Shown here piece after piece: positions 56,914 through 63,974 of a stretch of DNA of 64,000 nt (the first letter of the stretch is position 1; every line of letters begins with the position of its first letter). The stretch is taken from sequence record PV340851.1. The stretch is one strand, 5' to 3'. The translations under genes were made by a program, and so were the position numbers. Under the pieces are notes generated by a model. The model was not told the origin of the DNA. It worked only from the letters and a program-made list of their open reading frames with translations, and ran no database searches.

Positions 56914-57590
56914 AACATCTGCTAACTGCAATCCTTGCAGCATCATCTTTTGGCATGGCATCAGTTGCCCTTGCTAATGAAGACAAAATCACCAAAGGTT
57001 TCTATAGCATGGATGCTATGGGATGTATGTTGGTGCGTGAGTGTACCAAAGACGTTGAGGAAGTATATTCTCTCCTTGATGTATCATCACAGTATGATGA
57101 ACCAGAACGCTACACATTTGTGGCGCAAGAGTTCAATAATATGCTCACGTCACTGAATCAAATTGGTGTCAAAGTATTCCTTGCTGATGAGCGTTACTTC
57201 CCAACTTCACACCGTGGAGTATATCATACTGTCGGTAACAATTTCTTCTTGAACAAGAGATATATGGACAGTCCTTCAGCACTAATGAGTGTGATGAGGC
57301 ATGAGGGATGGCATGCTGCACAAGATTGCATGGCAGGTACTATCAAGAATAGTTTGATTGCTATTATTAAACCAGAAGACTCTGTGCCGATGCTGTGGCG
57401 TGTCATGGCAGAGCGCACATACCCTGCTTCAGCGGTCCCCTGGGAGGCAGAGGCGACCTGGGCAGGCAAGACTGAAGGAATGACGCAGAAGGCGCTTGCA
57501 GCGTGTGCTAGAGGGCGCATGTGGGAGCATTATCCACCAACACCACTCACTCGTAAGTTTTTGGTCAATGAAGGATACATTAAAGATTGA
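56910..57590 (+). CDS. Exported putative zinc metalloprotease (HExxH)
   Basis: Signal peptide; VMRHEGWHAAQDC with downstream WEAEA (third ligand Glu). Confidence 0.65.
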   Translation: MKHLLTAILAASSFGMASVALANEDKITKGFYSMDAMGCMLVRECTKDVEEVYSLLDVSSQYDEPERYTFVAQEFNNMLTSLNQIGVKVFLADERYFPTSHRGVYHTVGNNFFLNKRYMDSPSALMSVMRHEGWHAAQDCMAGTIKNSLIAIIKPEDSVPMLWRVMAERTYPASAVPWEAEATWAGKTEGMTQKALAACARGRMWEHYPPTPLTRKFLVNEGYIKD

Positions 57591-57879
57591 ACAATACGAT
57601 GACAAAGAAGACCTCTTCATCACAATCCCGCCCCACATCCTCCAGCAACTCAAATGGGAAGAAGGTACAGAAGTCGAGTGGAAAATCGAAGGGGACAGTA
57701 TCATCGTCCAAGACACAAAAAAGTCTAGAGAAGAATCTTCAGACTCTATCATCATCGCAGAAGGCACAGAAGAAGACTGGTACGACTTCTGGTACAACAG
57801 CGAAAGCGAAGGCAAAGAGTACAAAGAAACCCTCGGTCAAGTCTTCCACTCGCCAGAAGGTCAAGGATCCTGGCATTAA
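57568..57879 (+). CDS. AbrB/MazE-like DNA-binding protein with an acidic tail
   Basis: DLFITIPPHILQQLKWEEGTEVEWKIEGDSIIV matches the swapped-hairpin AbrB pattern. Confidence 0.6.
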   Translation: MKDTLKIEQYDDKEDLFITIPPHILQQLKWEEGTEVEWKIEGDSIIVQDTKKSREESSDSIIIAEGTEEDWYDFWYNSESEGKEYKETLGQVFHSPEGQGSWH

Positions 57880-58057
57880 ATATACTAGATCGAAAGATTT
57901 GAAACTATTTCCATTCGTTGGTACATTTCCATGGCGTCTTGAAGACAGAAAGGAGAAGAAAACGTGCTGGTTTCAATGCTTCGATCACGCAGAGAAATAT
58001 ATCTTGCGTTATAGTCTAACCAAAGTACAGTATAAACTACAGGAAGCAATAGTATGA
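57587..58057 (+). CDS. Basic Ser/Thr/Lys-rich protein with a conserved cyanophage C-terminus
   Basis: C-terminal LFPFVGTFPWRLEDRKEKKTCWFQCFDHAEKYILRY; start uncertain; overlaps the AbrB-like ORF. Confidence 0.5.
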   Translation: MNNTMTKKTSSSQSRPTSSSNSNGKKVQKSSGKSKGTVSSSKTQKSLEKNLQTLSSSQKAQKKTGTTSGTTAKAKAKSTKKPSVKSSTRQKVKDPGIKYTRSKDLKLFPFVGTFPWRLEDRKEKKTCWFQCFDHAEKYILRYSLTKVQYKLQEAIV

Positions 58058-58197
58058 CTACAAGACAATTCGTAGATAGTAAAGGTAATACATGGGAATG
58101 GGATGAAACGCCTGAAGTTCTTGATGCATTGAAAGTTCTACATGACACTGAGCGTAAGCATGCAGAGTCTGGTGGTGATTTCGGAGTTGGCAAGTAA
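58054..58197 (+). CDS. Small hypothetical protein (47 aa), absent from the ORF track
   Basis: MTTRQFVDSKGNTWEWDETPEV...; coupled start; followed by a terminator. Confidence 0.6.
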   Translation: MTTRQFVDSKGNTWEWDETPEVLDALKVLHDTERKHAESGGDFGVGK

Positions 58198-58204
58198 CCT
58201 TGGG

Positions 58205-58259
58205 ACAGTTCTCCTAGTGTCCACCAGCGCCCCCACAGGGCGCTTTTTAATGCCATACT
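58205..58259 (+). promoter_or_regulatory. Operator + stem-loop + -10 cassette
   Basis: ACAGT-TCTCCT-AGTGT(CCAC), then hairpin AGCGCCC-CCACA-GGGCGCT-TTTT (58226-58248), then CATACT at 58254. Confidence 0.65.
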
Positions 58260-58285
58260 ATGTTCATACCAATCAAGGGCAGCAC

Positions 58286-58528
58286 ATGCGACTCCTGACC
58301 TCCGCCACACAGATCGATTTCTATCCTGTTGGCACTGGCAAGCGTTTTGTCAAGCGTGTCATCTGGCATCCTGATGCTGAAGTCTCCCAACAAATGACTT
58401 CTTTCACCACCCGTGTCAAGACTGATGCAATCTATGACATGAACCAATACATTGCTAATGGTGCTGAGGTGATTGATTACAACACTGAAGCATACACTGG
58501 TAGTGACTACTCCCCTGTCTATTGCTGA
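58286..58528 (+). CDS. Early hypothetical protein
   Basis: Start refined to ATG 58286 (MRLLTSATQIDFYPVG). Confidence 0.65.
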   Translation: MRLLTSATQIDFYPVGTGKRFVKRVIWHPDAEVSQQMTSFTTRVKTDAIYDMNQYIANGAEVIDYNTEAYTGSDYSPVYC

Positions 58529-58614
58529 TGGACGTTACTAACCTCTCATTACTAGCAACAGGACTACTCACTGTTGCTGGCATTATTCTATTCTTCAAGG
58601 CAGTTTATCGATGA
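58528..58614 (+). CDS. Small membrane peptide (28 aa)
   Basis: MDVTNLSLLATGLLTVAGIILFFKAVYR; coupled on both sides. Confidence 0.5.
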   Translation: MDVTNLSLLATGLLTVAGIILFFKAVYR

Positions 58615-58739
58615 ATCCTGACACTTACACATTTGCAGGCGATGCAGTTACAGTCCTCGGTTTGGTTGGTGTCATTAGCACTGCCATTATTATTGTCACT
58701 GCTTTCACTCGCTACTACAATTCTCCTCTCCGTAAATGA
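58611..58739 (+). CDS. Small membrane protein (42 aa)
   Basis: MNPDTYTFAGDAVTVLGLVGVISTAIIIVTAFTRYYNSPLRK; one TM helix; ATGA overlap. Confidence 0.6.
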   Translation: MNPDTYTFAGDAVTVLGLVGVISTAIIIVTAFTRYYNSPLRK

Positions 58740-58742
58740 TCA

Positions 58743-58907
58743 ATGATGACCAAAGCACAAATTCTTAAGGTCATCAAGACAACAGCAGTTCCTCACGTAC
58801 TCACCCGTGAGGAAAAGTTTCAAGTCTTCGTCAATGTGTGTGATAACATGTTGCACGAAGGTCGCATCACTCTCAAACAACACGATCGCTGGACTAATGT
58901 TTTCTAA
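58743..58907 (+). CDS. Small hypothetical protein (54 aa)
   Basis: MMTKAQILKVIK...FVNVCDNMLHEGRIT..QHDRWTNVF. Confidence 0.65.
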   Translation: MMTKAQILKVIKTTAVPHVLTREEKFQVFVNVCDNMLHEGRITLKQHDRWTNVF

Positions 58908-59079
58908 AGACGACACTGATTTCATTGATTTTCTCTTCGGTAAGTTGACCTGTCTCACTGACATGGATGATCTGAATGAAGATGATGACACAGCAGGCAG
59001 CATGGCACTGGAGATCGAGGCTGCTCGCCTTGAGATGACAGTTGACGAACTGGTCCAACACATCCACGGATGCCCCTGA
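58897..59079 (+). CDS. Small acidic hypothetical protein
   Basis: Start refined to ATG 58897. Confidence 0.6.
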   Translation: MFSKDDTDFIDFLFGKLTCLTDMDDLNEDDDTAGSMALEIEAARLEMTVDELVQHIHGCP

Positions 59080-59104
59080 TCCAGCCTATACTAAGTTCAT
59101 CAAC
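59038..59104 (+). promoter_or_regulatory. Early promoter with palindromic operator
   Basis: ACAGT-TGACGA-ACTGG at 59038-59053; TATACT at 59087-59092. Confidence 0.7.
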
Positions 59105-59120
59105 CAAGGGAGAGACACCC

Positions 59121-59372
59121 ATGACCACCACCATCGTCAAGCACTCCTACTACAAGATCGAGATCGACACCATCGATGCTCCGCAGCACCCCATCGTGTA
59201 TTTCCGCAAGTGCGGCAAGTGTACCACTGCCAAGGGCATGGATCGTCAGCACAACCGCGTTGTGAACGAGACTGTAGAGGCATGGCGTCAGTTTGAGGGT
59301 CAGATCCGTCGCTACACCATCTCCCGTGTGCCAGCTGACGTAGTGGTCGGCGGTGAGATCCGCACTGCCTGA
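59121..59372 (+). CDS. Early hypothetical protein
   Basis: Start refined to ATG 59121 after RBS GGGAG. Confidence 0.7.
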   Translation: MTTTIVKHSYYKIEIDTIDAPQHPIVYFRKCGKCTTAKGMDRQHNRVVNETVEAWRQFEGQIRRYTISRVPADVVVGGEIRTA

Positions 59373-59397
59373 TCACTGCTATACTAAGTTCATCAAC
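59331..59397 (+). promoter_or_regulatory. Early promoter with palindromic operator
   Basis: CCAGC-TGACGT-AGTGG at 59331-59346; TATACT at 59380-59385. Confidence 0.7.
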
Positions 59398-59407
59398 ACA
59401 ACAGGAC

Positions 59408-59860
59408 ATGACCACTTCCTTCGCTGACTTCGTTGCCACACAAGATGCTCGCAACGACATCCAACTAAAGGTGAGAGAGTATGCACTGATGCTCTGTGAC
59501 GCACTGGAGCAAGATTTCAAGACCGATAGCATCCGTCGCGCTAATTTCTTCAACAATACTGATCCTGAGTACAAAGAAAAGCGTCTCCAGTCTATTGAGA
59601 GTGGTGATTGTCTCTACAAATTCTACATTGAGAGTGGTCGTAAGTATCACAAGATCATCATGGAGACTGATGGTGGCAGTCGCTCTGTTCATTGCTTCAT
59701 TAACATGAAGACTGGTGAGTTGCATAAGGCAGCAAGTTTCAAGGCACCAGTAAAAGAACCACGTTTCAACATGCTTATTATCACCGAGCGTGAGTGGGTG
59801 CTCAAGAACTGCGACTGGAGTGGCGGTTATCTCTACAAAAATGCATACTACCAGGGTTGA
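59408..59860 (+). CDS. Conserved T4-like early hypothetical protein
   Basis: GRKYHKIIM...SVHCFINMKTGELHKAASFKAP motif. Confidence 0.75.
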   Translation: MTTSFADFVATQDARNDIQLKVREYALMLCDALEQDFKTDSIRRANFFNNTDPEYKEKRLQSIESGDCLYKFYIESGRKYHKIIMETDGGSRSVHCFINMKTGELHKAASFKAPVKEPRFNMLIITEREWVLKNCDWSGGYLYKNAYYQG

Positions 59861-59885
59861 CACCCTGCCCCATACATAGTATACT
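59857..59885 (+). promoter_or_regulatory. Consensus sigma70 promoter
   Basis: TTGACA at 59857-59862, 17-nt spacer, TATACT at 59880-59885. Confidence 0.85.
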
Positions 59886-59907
59886 ATCTTCAGACACCAT
59901 TCTTCCA

Positions 59908-60138
59908 ATGTACGTTCCGCTCTTCTATCTTGTTGCTGGTGGTAATGCGTATGCTCTAGATGAGGATAACATGCCATTCGGTGCTCCTGTTCGTATGGAT
60001 GCAACCATTGATTGGGATGCTGCTTATGACTTCGATCCTGATCAAGAAGACATTGAGTTTGTTGCTCACATGATCAAATACGTGCAAGACTCTAAAAAAC
60101 TGCACGAAGAACAATTCAACGAGGTATTCTACAAATGA
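59908..60138 (+). CDS. Early hypothetical protein
   Basis: Start refined to ATG 59908, downstream of the promoter. Confidence 0.65.
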   Translation: MYVPLFYLVAGGNAYALDEDNMPFGAPVRMDATIDWDAAYDFDPDQEDIEFVAHMIKYVQDSKKLHEEQFNEVFYK

Positions 60139-60353
60139 ACATCATTTCTGATCATGTCAAAGAACTAGTACAGTTCACATCATTGAGTGAGAATCGCCTT
60201 CGTCCTATCTCTAATGGACTGGACAACGACAAATACTGGCGCTACTTCAACAAATTTCCCAATGAGTTTGCCAAAGGACTACAATTAGCATTGCATCCTG
60301 AGCAAACCTTTGTAGAATACGATCACCTCTCCAACGTTCTTACTATCAAATGA
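60135..60353 (+). CDS. Hypothetical protein
   Basis: Coupled ORF (ATGA overlaps). Confidence 0.65.
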   Translation: MNIISDHVKELVQFTSLSENRLRPISNGLDNDKYWRYFNKFPNEFAKGLQLALHPEQTFVEYDHLSNVLTIK

Positions 60354-60565
60354 ACCAGCAACAACGTGAACAAGAGTCAGTCTGCCGTCAGATTGATCAA
60401 ATCATGAAGAATCGCCTTCGTCGCTTCAAATTTCTGATGAAGAAAGGTGAAATCGATGATGCACTTGCTATTGCAGATGAGTTCTTTGAATGGATGAACT
60501 TGGATGATCAGTCTGATGATGATGCAATTCATTACTTTAACTTGAATGACCTCAACAACTTGTGA
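60350..60565 (+). CDS. Hypothetical protein
   Basis: Coupled ORF. Confidence 0.65.
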   Translation: MNQQQREQESVCRQIDQIMKNRLRRFKFLMKKGEIDDALAIADEFFEWMNLDDQSDDDAIHYFNLNDLNNL

Positions 60566-61163
60566 TCCTGCTGTTTACGTAGATACAAATCTACCCGAGG
60601 GTATGCTGGATTATATTATCCAGACCCTCGATAATCTACAGATCCCACAAAACGCACAACCAACACAGATTAGAAGGAACGGTGAATGGGTCAATGATAA
60701 TGATCTAAGAAAGGCAGAAGCAAAAGCAGTGCATGCTACCTGCTGGATTAGTGGTATGATCTGGCATTATATCATGAGGACTAATCATTACCAATGGGGT
60801 TATGATATCACATCCTTTGATAATGACCAGATCGAGTACATACAATATGAAAAGGGTGGACATTACAAATGGCATCATGATGATCTAATGCCACAAACCC
60901 ACCCAATTATCCCAGAAGTATACGGTCAACAACCTCACTACACTGAATACAATCGTAAAATATCTTTCTCACTAACTCTAAACGATGACTACGAAGGAGG
61001 AGATCTAGAACTATTATGGAAACCAAATTCGCTCTTTAGAATACCAAAGAAGAAAGGACATCTAATTATCTTTGACTCTAGATGTAACCATAGAGTGACA
61101 CCAGTTAAACAAGGCATGAGAAAAGTTCTTGTAGGTTGGGTAGTAGGTCCACGATGGAAATAA
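60546..61163 (+). CDS. 2OG-Fe(II) oxygenase (prolyl-4-hydroxylase-like)
   Basis: YKWHHD, RKISFSLTLNDDYEGGDL, IIFDSRCNHRVTPVKQGMRKVLVGW. Confidence 0.9.
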   Translation: MTSTTCDPAVYVDTNLPEGMLDYIIQTLDNLQIPQNAQPTQIRRNGEWVNDNDLRKAEAKAVHATCWISGMIWHYIMRTNHYQWGYDITSFDNDQIEYIQYEKGGHYKWHHDDLMPQTHPIIPEVYGQQPHYTEYNRKISFSLTLNDDYEGGDLELLWKPNSLFRIPKKKGHLIIFDSRCNHRVTPVKQGMRKVLVGWVVGPRWK

Positions 61164-61753
61164 CTAAACTATTCCCCTCCCCCCTCTATACTAACAACAT
61201 AGACATAACAGATGATTTCTCTAATCTACTGTTCCAACAACATATCAACGGACATACATCCAAATCATTAAACGTACTAAAACTATTCCCTGACACAAGA
61301 CAAAAGATTGAATCACACATCAATACTTTTGTACAACAACTAGGATACAAGACAAAGTGCAAGGTAACTAACTCATGGGTCAATAAACATTACAAAGGAG
61401 ATCACGCCCAACCACACTATCATGCTAATGCTTTACTATCTGGAGTGGTATTTCTATACACACCACCTAATAGTGGTATCTTTAAACTAATAAGACCATC
61501 TCCTACATCACATAGTATATTCTCCACAGTCTTTCAATTAGATAGAAACGAAGACCAACAACATACAGAATATACTGCTGATCATTATGCAATACAACCA
61601 ATAACAAATACTATCATTATCTTCCCATCTACCCTCATACATCAAGTCTCTCCATCAGAAACAACAGAAGCAAGATATACACTCGCATTTGATGTTTTAC
61701 CTGCAGAAGATGTACTATGCGGAACTATGTCATACTATGCCACTCCACAGTGA
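61154..61753 (+). CDS. Putative 2OG-Fe(II) oxygenase (TIGR02466-like)
   Basis: SWVNKH...HAQPHYHANALLSGVVFL, IIFPSTLIHQV...RYTLAF. Confidence 0.82.
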   Translation: MEITKLFPSPLYTNNIDITDDFSNLLFQQHINGHTSKSLNVLKLFPDTRQKIESHINTFVQQLGYKTKCKVTNSWVNKHYKGDHAQPHYHANALLSGVVFLYTPPNSGIFKLIRPSPTSHSIFSTVFQLDRNEDQQHTEYTADHYAIQPITNTIIIFPSTLIHQVSPSETTEARYTLAFDVLPAEDVLCGTMSYYATPQ

Positions 61754-61798
61754 TTGCAATTGATTCTCAATAATAATACGTTGAAGTTTCTTAACACC

Positions 61799-61831
61799 TG
61801 TGGAAAACATTGTGGAAAAACCTGTGGAAAA
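61799..61831 (-). repeat. Three perfect TTTTCCACA repeats (cyanobacterial DnaA-box consensus) at a 12-bp period; candidate origin
   Basis: TGTGGAAAA on + at 61799-61807, 61811-61819 and 61823-61831, in an ORF-free region. Confidence 0.7.
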
Positions 61832-61874
61832 AGAAATGGTAATAAAAACATAGGTAAGGTGCGGTGGAGTTGTT

Positions 61875-61970
61875 GTCTTAGCGCACCACGCAACGACTGT
61901 CAATGCCCTCTGTGACACCCCAGAAAGTGGCACAAACCCCTCGGAGATACCCAGAGTCCTGCAGTATAAT
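61875..61970. promoter_or_regulatory. Divergent promoter pair sharing a central palindromic operator
   Basis: Minus strand: TTGACA (61903-61898), 17-nt spacer, TAAGAC (61880-61875). Operator: TGTGACAC-CCCAGAAA-GTGGCACA at 61911-61934. Plus strand: TATAAT at 61965-61970. Confidence 0.6.
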
Positions 61971-62026
61971 ACAGAGGTCTTCAGGGTCATTTCTGAGACT
62001 TTCCAAAAAAACAGAAAACTAAGAAA

Positions 62027-62095
62027 TCTGAAAAACTCAAAAAGTCAAAAAACTTAAATTTTAAAGATTTTGAGTTTTTCAGAAATTTAAGTTTT
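62027..62095. repeat. Interlocking AT-rich inverted repeats
   Basis: TCTGAAAAACTCAAAA (62027-42) / TTTTGAGTTTTTCAGA (62068-83), 16 bp perfect; AAAACTTAAATTT (62049-61) / AAATTTAAGTTTT (62083-95), 13 bp perfect. Confidence 0.85.
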
Positions 62096-62117
62096 AAACT
62101 TTAACCATTTTTTACAA

Positions 62118-62363
62118 ATGTTTGATTTTACAGATCAATTTGAGTCTTCTAATATTAGAAGAATTGTAGTTGGTAGAGAAGATGAGAATGTAGTTGAAAT
62201 TATGTTTAAATCTTCAAAAATGAAGTATAATTATCAAATAAAAGAAGAAAATTGGGTTAATTCTTTGCAAACAGTGATTGATAGTAAAGAATCAGTCGGA
62301 AAGTTTGTTAATTCTTCTATTAGAGAAGATAAACTAGAATTAATCAGTAAATTCTTGGTATAA
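62118..62363 (+). CDS. KTSC-like domain protein
   Basis: ESSNIRRI...VEIMFKS...Y.Y...SVGKFVN pattern. Confidence 0.55.
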   Translation: MFDFTDQFESSNIRRIVVGREDENVVEIMFKSSKMKYNYQIKEENWVNSLQTVIDSKESVGKFVNSSIREDKLELISKFLV

Positions 62364-62412
62364 TCACTAAATAATGAATGTAATTCACAATTTAGTCTAA
62401 TTAATCGTAATA

Positions 62413-62559
62413 ATGTCTAGATCTCCATCATCAAAATCAACGAAGTACAATGTTGATGACTACGAAGACTTCGGTTATGAAGTAAAGAACGCCAAACGTT
62501 ACAGCAACAAACAGAAGCAGCAACGTAAGTTCAAAGATTACTATCACGAAGAGGATTGA
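62413..62559 (+). CDS. Small hypothetical protein (48 aa), absent from the ORF track
   Basis: MSRSPSSKSTKYNVDDYEDFGYEVKNAKRY...; late core CTAAATA at 62367-62373. Confidence 0.6.
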   Translation: MSRSPSSKSTKYNVDDYEDFGYEVKNAKRYSNKQKQQRKFKDYYHEED

Positions 62560-62745
62560 CAACTAAATATGTGACACTAGTTGAACTGTCACACAATATT
62601 ACCAAAGAGAGGGTGATCGTGTATTGTATACATGGTTGCCCTTTTTTATTGCACACGACTGAACCTTACTTACCCAGTGGAGTTGAGTATACTTCTGGGG
62701 TTAACTTTTGGCGTTTCGTTATTAAGAATGTTTTGGCTGCCTCAA

Positions 62746-62802
62746 CCAGTTGGCAAAGTGGCACAGTGACCCCAGCGAATCGCCAAACCCCATGCTTATA
62801 AT
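62746..62802 (+). promoter_or_regulatory. Early promoter with palindromic operator
   Basis: CCAGT-TGGCAA-AGTGG(CACA) ending at 62765; TATAAT at 62797-62802. Confidence 0.7.
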
Positions 62803-62808
62803 AGGTGC

Positions 62809-62994
62809 ATGAAAACAAAACGACTTCTCTCCTCTCCCCAGACCCTGCAGGACCTGCAGGATTTCATGTTTGACTCCATGCTACCCGCTGAGATGTGCGT
62901 CGATTGGTTTTGCGATCGTTTCAACGTGTCTGCCACGGATGACGTGATAGACTACGTGATCGATGCCCATTTCGGCATGTTCGCAGACCAGTGA
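62809..62994 (+). CDS. Small early hypothetical protein
   Basis: RBS AGGT; directly follows a promoter. Confidence 0.7.
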   Translation: MKTKRLLSSPQTLQDLQDFMFDSMLPAEMCVDWFCDRFNVSATDDVIDYVIDAHFGMFADQ

Positions 62995-63071
62995 GACAAG
63001 TGGCACAGCATCTGTTGATCTGTGCCCCATCTCATGTATTGTATACACATCAACCAAATTCATTCAATTTC

Positions 63072-63398
63072 ATGCGTAAGATCGAACGACTGATGAACTC
63101 TGCCATCAAAGAGTCACGGGACTGGAAGAATGCCAACACTCGCGTTGAGAACATCGACGACGTGTCTGTTGTATACCTGCACGGCAACAAAATTGCTGAG
63201 ATTGGTGACAACTTTGTTCGTGTATTTGATGGCGGTTGGCAGTCTAACACCACTAAGAGTCGTCTCAATGCCATTATCAATGAGTTCTGCGATCCTTACA
63301 CTGATGGTGTCTATCAGCACAAGTTTGAGTGGTTCATCACTGATAACAAGTTCATCAAAAAGTTTGTCAATGGTTACGAATTCGTGGGTGCTGTTTGA
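63072..63398 (+). CDS. Conserved early hypothetical protein
   Basis: MRKIERLMNSAI...VYLHGNKIAEI...GGWQSNTTKSRLNA; start refined to ATG 63072; operator CCAGT-GAGACA-AGTGG at 62988-63003. Confidence 0.75.
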   Translation: MRKIERLMNSAIKESRDWKNANTRVENIDDVSVVYLHGNKIAEIGDNFVRVFDGGWQSNTTKSRLNAIINEFCDPYTDGVYQHKFEWFITDNKFIKKFVNGYEFVGAV

Positions 63399-63667
63399 TG
63401 TCTGACCCCTGCACAATCGCTCTTCAAACTGACAAACAACTCATGGCAATTCACAACAAAGATCTAGAAGGACTCATCGAAAACTATGCATGGCATATTA
63501 TTGATGGGTTAGATCATAAGTCTGCTGATCAAATGTTGTTTGATTTGTTGACTCGTGAATATGAAAAGATGACGTGGGATGAGGTTACTGATGAGGTTGT
63601 AGATCTCTACGGGGAGGATACATTAATTGACCTGTTGCCAGACGCCACAGAAGACCAGTCTGCCTAG
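63398..63667 (+). CDS. Early hypothetical protein
   Basis: Coupled ATG 63398. Confidence 0.65.
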   Translation: MSDPCTIALQTDKQLMAIHNKDLEGLIENYAWHIIDGLDHKSADQMLFDLLTREYEKMTWDEVTDEVVDLYGEDTLIDLLPDATEDQSA

Positions 63668-63717
63668 TGGCACACTCTGCCCCTCACTCTGCCCCATCCT
63701 GTGCCTATAATAAGGAC

Positions 63718-63948
63718 ATGAACAATCAACCACGCTTCGCCATCCAACCCGCTGCCTGGGGTAAGTTCGATGAGCATGGGGCAGACTACTGCATCAGCAT
63801 CGCCCACGCTTATAAGATCGCCCAGGGCACCACAGAGGACATGATGATTTTTCGACTCACCACAGGCAACCCCATCGCATGGGTGAGGGTCTATGCTGAC
63901 GAGAGCATCGACGCTGTGACGGATGAGCATCTGGCACTGCTGGACTGA
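63718..63948 (+). CDS. Early hypothetical protein
   Basis: Start refined to ATG 63718 after operator (63655-63674), TATAAT (63706) and RBS AAGGA. Confidence 0.7.
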   Translation: MNNQPRFAIQPAAWGKFDEHGADYCISIAHAYKIAQGTTEDMMIFRLTTGNPIAWVRVYADESIDAVTDEHLALLD

Positions 63949-63974
63949 CTTCTCACTGCATCATCCTCTATAAT
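63931..63974 (+). promoter_or_regulatory. Early promoter for the next gene (ATG 63981, runs off the window)
   Basis: CTGGCACT at 63931 and TATAAT at 63969-63974. Confidence 0.55.

Noticed and set aside
61520-61528. TTCTCCACA, a one-mismatch DnaA-like box
   Set aside because: It is a single, imperfect, coding-region match in the opposite orientation and is expected by chance.
62556-62801. 81-aa ORF 62556-62801 (and the alternative frame from ATG 62632)
   Set aside because: It spans two operator/promoter elements and has no recognisable motif; which frame, if any, is coding cannot be decided from the sequence.
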